Below, in pieces: positions 59,227-64,000 of a DNA stretch of 64,000 nucleotides. Both the position numbers and the translations under genes were made by a program. Below the pieces are notes generated by a model. It did no database searches. It saw only the letters and a program-made list of their open reading frames with translations, and had not been told where the DNA came from. This DNA comes from Candidatus Woesearchaeota archaeon (lineage in GTDB: Archaea > Nanobdellota > Nanobdellia > Pacearchaeales > GW2011-AR1). The DNA lies in NCBI GenBank assembly GCA_964418095.1, contig CAYQKM010000001.1:4173-68172 (forward strand). The letters are read 5' to 3'. Position 1 is the first letter of the stretch. The number at the start of each line of letters is the position of its first letter.

Positions 59227-59994
59227 ATGAGAAAAAATAATGGAATAATAATAACCTCAATAATAGCAGTAGTGATTTTAGTAATTGTGATTCTTGTTTT
59301 AGGCGCATTTAGGTCAATGAACCCATATTCAAAAAACACTGTTAGTGCAGAGGGAATATCTAAGGTAAAAGCAACTCCAGATTTAGTTTCAGTATATATT
59401 AATATTAAAACTAATGGAACAACAAGTTCTACAGCAACAGCAGAAAACACAAAAGTCTACAACAAGTTAGTTGAAGAATTAATTTCTGCAGGATTTGAAG
59501 AAAAAGATTTGAAAACAGAGAGTTTTAGTGTGTATGAAGATATATCTTGGGACTCTAAAGATCAAAAAAGCAAAAAAGAGGGATATATAGCTTATCACTC
59601 TCTTAAAATTGAACTTGATTCTGCAAAAATGGATAAGGTTTCAAAGATAATTGATGCTGCTGTAAATGCAGAAGCTGGAATAAGTTACATAAATTTTGAG
59701 TTAACTCAAAAATCTCAAAATGAGTATAAAGCACAAGCTCTAAAAGAAGCTTCACAAGATGCAATGGTAAAAGCAGGTGCAATTGCTTCAGGACTTAATA
59801 AAAAACTAGGAAAACTTCTTTCAGTTCAAACAAGTGACTTTGGATACTCTCCTTGGAATATTTACACTGCAAGGAGCTTAGATGCAGGATATGGAGAATC
59901 AGAAGCACTAATGGCTAAAGAAGCTACAATAAACATTCAACCTGGAGAAGAAGAGATATATGCTACAGTAACTGCAATCTTCCAGATGAAATAA
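59227..59994 (+). CDS. SIMPL/DUF541-domain secreted protein
   Basis: Signal-anchor, then EGISKVKATPDLVSVYINIKTNG and overall DUF541-like pattern; T-rich tract downstream. Confidence 0.55.
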   Translation: MRKNNGIIITSIIAVVILVIVILVLGAFRSMNPYSKNTVSAEGISKVKATPDLVSVYINIKTNGTTSSTATAENTKVYNKLVEELISAGFEEKDLKTESFSVYEDISWDSKDQKSKKEGYIAYHSLKIELDSAKMDKVSKIIDAAVNAEAGISYINFELTQKSQNEYKAQALKEASQDAMVKAGAIASGLNKKLGKLLSVQTSDFGYSPWNIYTARSLDAGYGESEALMAKEATINIQPGEEEIYATVTAIFQMK

Positions 59995-60079
59995 ACTAAT
60001 TTTTTTATTTTTTTATTTTTTTTATTTTAAATGTATTTAATCACTAAAAATTTATAAACCAGTATTTTGTAAAAGATAA

Positions 60080-60877
60080 ATGTCTGACAAGAGAATAATC
60101 GAGGTGAAAAATCTTGTTAAAAAATTTAATGGATTTACAGCAGTAGATAAAATATCCTTTAATGTAAAAGAAGGTGAAACATTTGCATTTTTAGGTCCAA
60201 ATGGAGCAGGAAAAACAACTACAATAAAAATGCTTACAACTTTGTTGCACCCTACTTCTGGAGAAATAATAATTGATGATAATCTAATAAGTGAAACAAA
60301 TAAAATAAGAAAATCATTTGGAATTGTTTTTCAAGATCCAAGTTTAGATGATGAATTAACAGCAGAAGAGAACTTAGAATTTCATGCTGTCCTTTATAGT
60401 GTTCCAAAAGAACTAAGGAAAAAAAGAATACCTGAATTACTTAAACTTGTAGATTTATATGAAAGAAGAAAAGATTTAGTAAAAGTTTTCTCTGGAGGAA
60501 TGAAAAGAAGATTAGAAATAGCAAGAGGACTAATTCATCATCCTAAGATATTATTTTTAGATGAACCTTCAGCAGGGTTAGATGCTCAAACAAGGAATTT
60601 TTTATGGAAATACATTAAAGGATTAAATAAAAAAGAAAATATGACAATTTTCTTAACAACACACTACTTAGAAGAAGCAGAAAAAGTAGCAGATAAAATA
60701 GCAATTATTGATAATGGAAAAATAATAAAAATAGGAACATCTGAGGAAATTAAAAAAGAAACAAATTCAAAAGATCTTGAAGAAGCATTTTTGAAACTCA
60801 CAGGGTATAAAATACGAGAAGAAGAAGCAAGTTCTCTAGAAAAATTAAGAGCAAGACGCAAGAGGGGAGGAAGATGA
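60080..60877 (+). CDS. ABC transporter ATP-binding protein (ABC-2 type)
   Basis: Walker A GPNGAGKTT, signature FSGGMKRRLEIA, Walker B ILFLDEPSAGLD. Confidence 0.9.
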   Translation: MSDKRIIEVKNLVKKFNGFTAVDKISFNVKEGETFAFLGPNGAGKTTTIKMLTTLLHPTSGEIIIDDNLISETNKIRKSFGIVFQDPSLDDELTAEENLEFHAVLYSVPKELRKKRIPELLKLVDLYERRKDLVKVFSGGMKRRLEIARGLIHHPKILFLDEPSAGLDAQTRNFLWKYIKGLNKKENMTIFLTTHYLEEAEKVADKIAIIDNGKIIKIGTSEEIKKETNSKDLEEAFLKLTGYKIREEEASSLEKLRARRKRGGR

Positions 60878-61623
60878 CTGGACCAATCTATATAATGTGG
60901 CTAAGGCAGCTTAAGAGAACTTGGCGCTCAAAACCTCGTCTAATTGGCTCTCTAGCTCAACCACTCCTATTTCTAGTTGCACTTGGCTTTGGATTTGGAC
61001 CAATTTTCCAGAAAGCAGGTGAAGGAAACTACCTTAATTTTCTTTCTCCGGGGATAATTGCAATGACTATTTTATTTAGCTCAATGTTTTCTGGGATGGA
61101 AGTTCTTTGGGATAAAGAATTTGGATTCCTTAAAGAAACACTAGTAGCTCCAGTACCAAGATGGAAAATAATGTTAGGAAGAACACTAGGAGGAGCAACT
61201 GTCTCTTCACTTCAAGGACTTGTTGTCTTTATGCTTGCAATTGCAATTGGATTTAGACCCTCAAATATGAGTTTAATAGCACTATCTTTCTTATTTATGT
61301 TTTTAATTGCCATGCTCTTTACCTCACTAGGAACAGCAATAGCTTCTAAACTTAGTGATATGCAAGCATTCCCAATAATAATGAATTTCATAATAATGCC
61401 TTTATTCTTTTTGTCAGGAGCTTTATTCCCTGTAGAAGGGCTTTCAAAAGGGCTATCAATTGTAATAAAACTAAACCCCTTATCTTATGGAGTTGATGCT
61501 ATGAGACACTCTCTTACAGGAGTTGGAAGCTTCGGATTATTTTTAGATTTCTCAGTTTTATTTATTATCATGATGACAATACTCTTTATTGGAAGCAGAT
61601 TATTTAAGAGAATAGAAGTCTAA
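60874..61623 (+). CDS. ABC-2 family transporter permease
   Basis: Six hydrophobic helices; 4-nt overlap with the ATPase gene. Confidence 0.75.
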   Translation: MTGPIYIMWLRQLKRTWRSKPRLIGSLAQPLLFLVALGFGFGPIFQKAGEGNYLNFLSPGIIAMTILFSSMFSGMEVLWDKEFGFLKETLVAPVPRWKIMLGRTLGGATVSSLQGLVVFMLAIAIGFRPSNMSLIALSFLFMFLIAMLFTSLGTAIASKLSDMQAFPIIMNFIIMPLFFLSGALFPVEGLSKGLSIVIKLNPLSYGVDAMRHSLTGVGSFGLFLDFSVLFIIMMTILFIGSRLFKRIEV

Positions 61624-61638
61624 AAGAAGTAAAAAGAA

Positions 61639-63324
61639 TTATCTACCTCCACCACCGCCTCCTCCAATTCCTCCTCCACCTGCTCCAGAAAATCCTCCAC
61701 CAGCATTTCCTGAAAAGTTAGAAGTATCTCCTATTCCAAAAAATGTTCCTGTAGTTATTCCAATACACACTTTCTCTTGTTCATTAGTAATCAAATTATT
61801 TGCCTTTAATTCTTTAATAACTCTCTTAGAAACACCTAAAGCTGTAGCATAAATCAAATATTCATTCCAGATAATAAGTGTTTTATGCTTTGCTGTTTTA
61901 ATTGAAAATGAGTTATTTAAGTATCTCTTAAATGCTTTCCATTTTTGATATTCAATATAATATTCTCCTTTAAACTTAGAATAAAGAGGACTAAAAGAAA
62001 GCATTATTCCAGTAAAGAGTCCTAAAACATAAACAAAGTAAATAGATTCAGGAGAATTTAGTAAATGTGAAACAGATACCATTCCAATAAATAGTGCGAA
62101 GAAGCAAATCATAATTACAGCTCCTCTTTGATAAATATTATTCAAATAATTTTTTCCTACTTTATCAATATCTTTCTTTAGCAGGTTAGTTTTAGCTAGA
62201 GAGTTTTTAGCAATAAAATTCACATAATAATAACTTCTAGTAAATCCCTTAAAATTAAAATACTCTCCATCAATGAATTTACTATCTTTATCTGGTCTAA
62301 GGTTTAATTTAGCAAATTCTAATAAATCATAAACCTGTTTTTCTATTTTATCCCCTACAAATTTATTTAACTTAATATATGTCTCTCCTTCCTTCTCTTT
62401 AATATCAATAATTTTTTTATTGTAGAATTTTAAGAGTACAGAAGAAAAAAAGTTTTTATCTATTTTGAAAAAAGGAGGATTAAAATAAGCTGCAACTTCC
62501 CAGTATTTTCTTTTATTAGGGAAAGCACTTAACTCTTTTGGAATAGATTCATAAGAATTTTCTTTTCCAAAAATAAACCATAATATGAGAAATAAAATGC
62601 CTGGTAAAATTGCAAAAAGTATAATGAAAAATACAAGTAATGAGTCAAACTTAAATCTCTTTTGCTCAATTATCTTAAATCCACTAACATCTCCGTAATA
62701 TGGAATATAAACTATAACATTCTCACTAGGGAAATAAACTTCTTTTTTAATAGCCTCTCCTTCAATAACAAAATTCTTAGGAGTGAGTTTAACATGATTT
62801 TTAGGAGAGTATATTATAAATTTAATATAGTACATTCCATTTATTTTAAATAAATTTTCAGGTTTTAATTGGTAATTTGCACTTATTTTATATTCTGTTC
62901 CTTTTAGATACCCCAATTCATTTCCAAAACTACACCCATACTCATTATTTTCAGTGTAAGGTTTACATGAAAACTCCTCTCCATATAAGTAACACACTCC
63001 AAAACCAGTTCTTAGATAAGGTTCTCCTAAAGAACACTCTAAATTATTAAAAATAACTGAATCAGAGTAATCTGAATATTCTGGGATATTCCAAAATACT
63101 CTTGTTGAAAATGTTCTAAATAGTGTGTGGTAGGGTTTATCTGGTTTAAAAGATAATTCTTCATATATTTGATCACCATTAATTATAATTTTAGATGAAT
63201 GAAAATTAAATTTATTTAAATCCAATACAAAAATAGAAACTAGCCCGAGTGCTATAAACAAGATAGTTATAATTAAGATAATTGGTAGTTTGGGGTCTGA
63301 TGCTCTCTTTTTATTATTTTCCAT
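61639..63324 (-). CDS. DUF2207-like membrane protein with Gly-rich C-terminus
   Basis: N-terminal TM, large extracellular domain, further TM helices, C-terminal GNAGGGFSGAGGGGIGGGGGGG tail. Confidence 0.55.
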   Translation of the reverse strand: MENNKKRASDPKLPIILIITILFIALGLVSIFVLDLNKFNFHSSKIIINGDQIYEELSFKPDKPYHTLFRTFSTRVFWNIPEYSDYSDSVIFNNLECSLGEPYLRTGFGVCYLYGEEFSCKPYTENNEYGCSFGNELGYLKGTEYKISANYQLKPENLFKINGMYYIKFIIYSPKNHVKLTPKNFVIEGEAIKKEVYFPSENVIVYIPYYGDVSGFKIIEQKRFKFDSLLVFFIILFAILPGILFLILWFIFGKENSYESIPKELSAFPNKRKYWEVAAYFNPPFFKIDKNFFSSVLLKFYNKKIIDIKEKEGETYIKLNKFVGDKIEKQVYDLLEFAKLNLRPDKDSKFIDGEYFNFKGFTRSYYYVNFIAKNSLAKTNLLKKDIDKVGKNYLNNIYQRGAVIMICFFALFIGMVSVSHLLNSPESIYFVYVLGLFTGIMLSFSPLYSKFKGEYYIEYQKWKAFKRYLNNSFSIKTAKHKTLIIWNEYLIYATALGVSKRVIKELKANNLITNEQEKVCIGITTGTFFGIGDTSNFSGNAGGGFSGAGGGGIGGGGGGGR

Positions 63325-63338
63325 ATTTAGTTTGGGTT

Positions 63339-64000
63339 TTATTTCCTTTGGACAATAACATTCTTTTTTGTTATTTTTTCTAAAGTAAGGGTTTTCTCTT
63401 TCCCTGTAACCATATCTTTAACTTTGAATTTTTTTGTTTTTACTTCTTTAGCACCAACAAAAATAACTTGGCTCATATTCAAAGAGTTTGCATATTCAAG
63501 TGCTTTTGAAGGTTTACCATAATAAATAGAAACAATGTTTCCTTTTTTTCTAAGAGATTCTGCAATTTTTATTGCCTGCTTATCTTCGTCTAAAGAAACA
63601 ATTAAAATACTATTTTTATTAATGCTTAGGTTTGATAAAGAAGTTAATCTATCTAATCCAAAACTTATCCCAGTGCATTGTATCCCATTAAACTCATAAC
63701 TTCCACCTCCACAAATAGTTTCTTTCATCTTATTTGTCTTTATTTCAAAGACTGTTCCATTGTAATAACTTAATCCTCTTGATAAAGAAGGAGAAAATTT
63801 TGCTGTGGCTCCATATAGTGAAAGATAATTTTGAAATTCTTTAATTTCTTTGTAAGAATCATATTTTAAAAAATAATTTTCAGGTTTTTTAAATATCTCT
63901 AGTATTTTTTCAGCATTATATTTTTTAAGATTTTCTTTAATTTCTTTTTCTTCAAGTTTATCAATCTTATCTATTTCCCTTATAATGCTAATATAATCTT
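63339..64000 (-). CDS. hisS: histidyl-tRNA synthetase, C-terminal portion (N-terminus lies beyond window end)
   Basis: Frame is open to the window edge with no stop between 63729 and 64000. Class II motifs RGLSYYNGTVFE and GGGSYE...SFGLDRL, then the anticodon-binding domain. Confidence 0.75.
   Translation of the reverse strand, partial: DYISIIREIDKIDKLEEKEIKENLKKYNAEKILEIFKKPENYFLKYDSYKEIKEFQNYLSLYGATAKFSPSLSRGLSYYNGTVFEIKTNKMKETICGGGSYEFNGIQCTGISFGLDRLTSLSNLSINKNSILIVSLDEDKQAIKIAESLRKKGNIVSIYYGKPSKALEYANSLNMSQVIFVGAKEVKTKKFKVKDMVTGKEKTLTLEKITKKNVIVQRK

Noticed and set aside
60001-60040. T-rich repeat tttttta(t)n after the SIMPL gene
   Set aside because: Simple oligo-T archaeal terminator-like tract, not a repeat element.
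1-64000. CRISPR array search
   Set aside because: Inspected all intergenic regions over 100 bp; found no regularly spaced direct repeats of 24-40 bp. No cas1/cas2 or other cas genes despite the Csa3-like regulator.

Overview
This AT-rich window is archaeal and compact. The features point to a small-genome lineage, possibly DPANN-like, but that is inference from the sequence alone. Archaeal hallmarks include DnaG primase, aEF-1alpha, aEF-2 with a diphthamide-site His, RNAP subunits H/B/A, Spt4, RpoE, S24e and S27ae, the BRE-TATA promoters and the tRNA structure. From the 5' end the window holds: the 3' part of smc, pcm, a surface protein, dnaG and several small hypotheticals. Next comes the conserved rpoH-rpoB-rpoA-nusA-S12-S7-EF2-EF1alpha cluster on the minus strand, in which rpoA is apparently unsplit and three unknown small ORFs are inserted, followed by a tRNA-Lys. 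A contiguous deoxynucleotide-synthesis cluster follows: trx, thyA, dut, dCMP deaminase, class II RNR and nrdR. Small membrane and hypothetical genes lead into a roughly 13 kb defense-type island (about 30.3-43.4 kb). The island contains a Type I R-M operon with two tightly coupled integral-membrane ORFs, then RadC/JAB plus a Zn-metalloprotease, then a Csa3-like CARF-wHTH regulator beside a large UvrD-family helicase fused to a RecB/Cas4-type nuclease domain. No cas genes or CRISPR array are present in the window. After the island come Fe-S cluster genes (iscS, iscU, FNR-like, ArsR/Cys regulator), a tRNA-Trp, miscellaneous small genes, the rpoE-spt4-S24e-S27ae cluster, an HNH nuclease, scpA, dph6, an ABC transporter, a DUF2207-like membrane protein and the 3' part of hisS. 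The most interesting candidate is the CARF-regulator plus helicase-nuclease pair within the R-M island. Other notable items are a recurring BRE/TATA promoter motif, a 30-bp direct repeat of the tRNA-Lys 5' half, and a duplicated smc 3' end. No similarity searches were run; all calls rest on motifs read directly from the provided translations, and non-ORF coordinates are hand-counted and may be off by a few bases.
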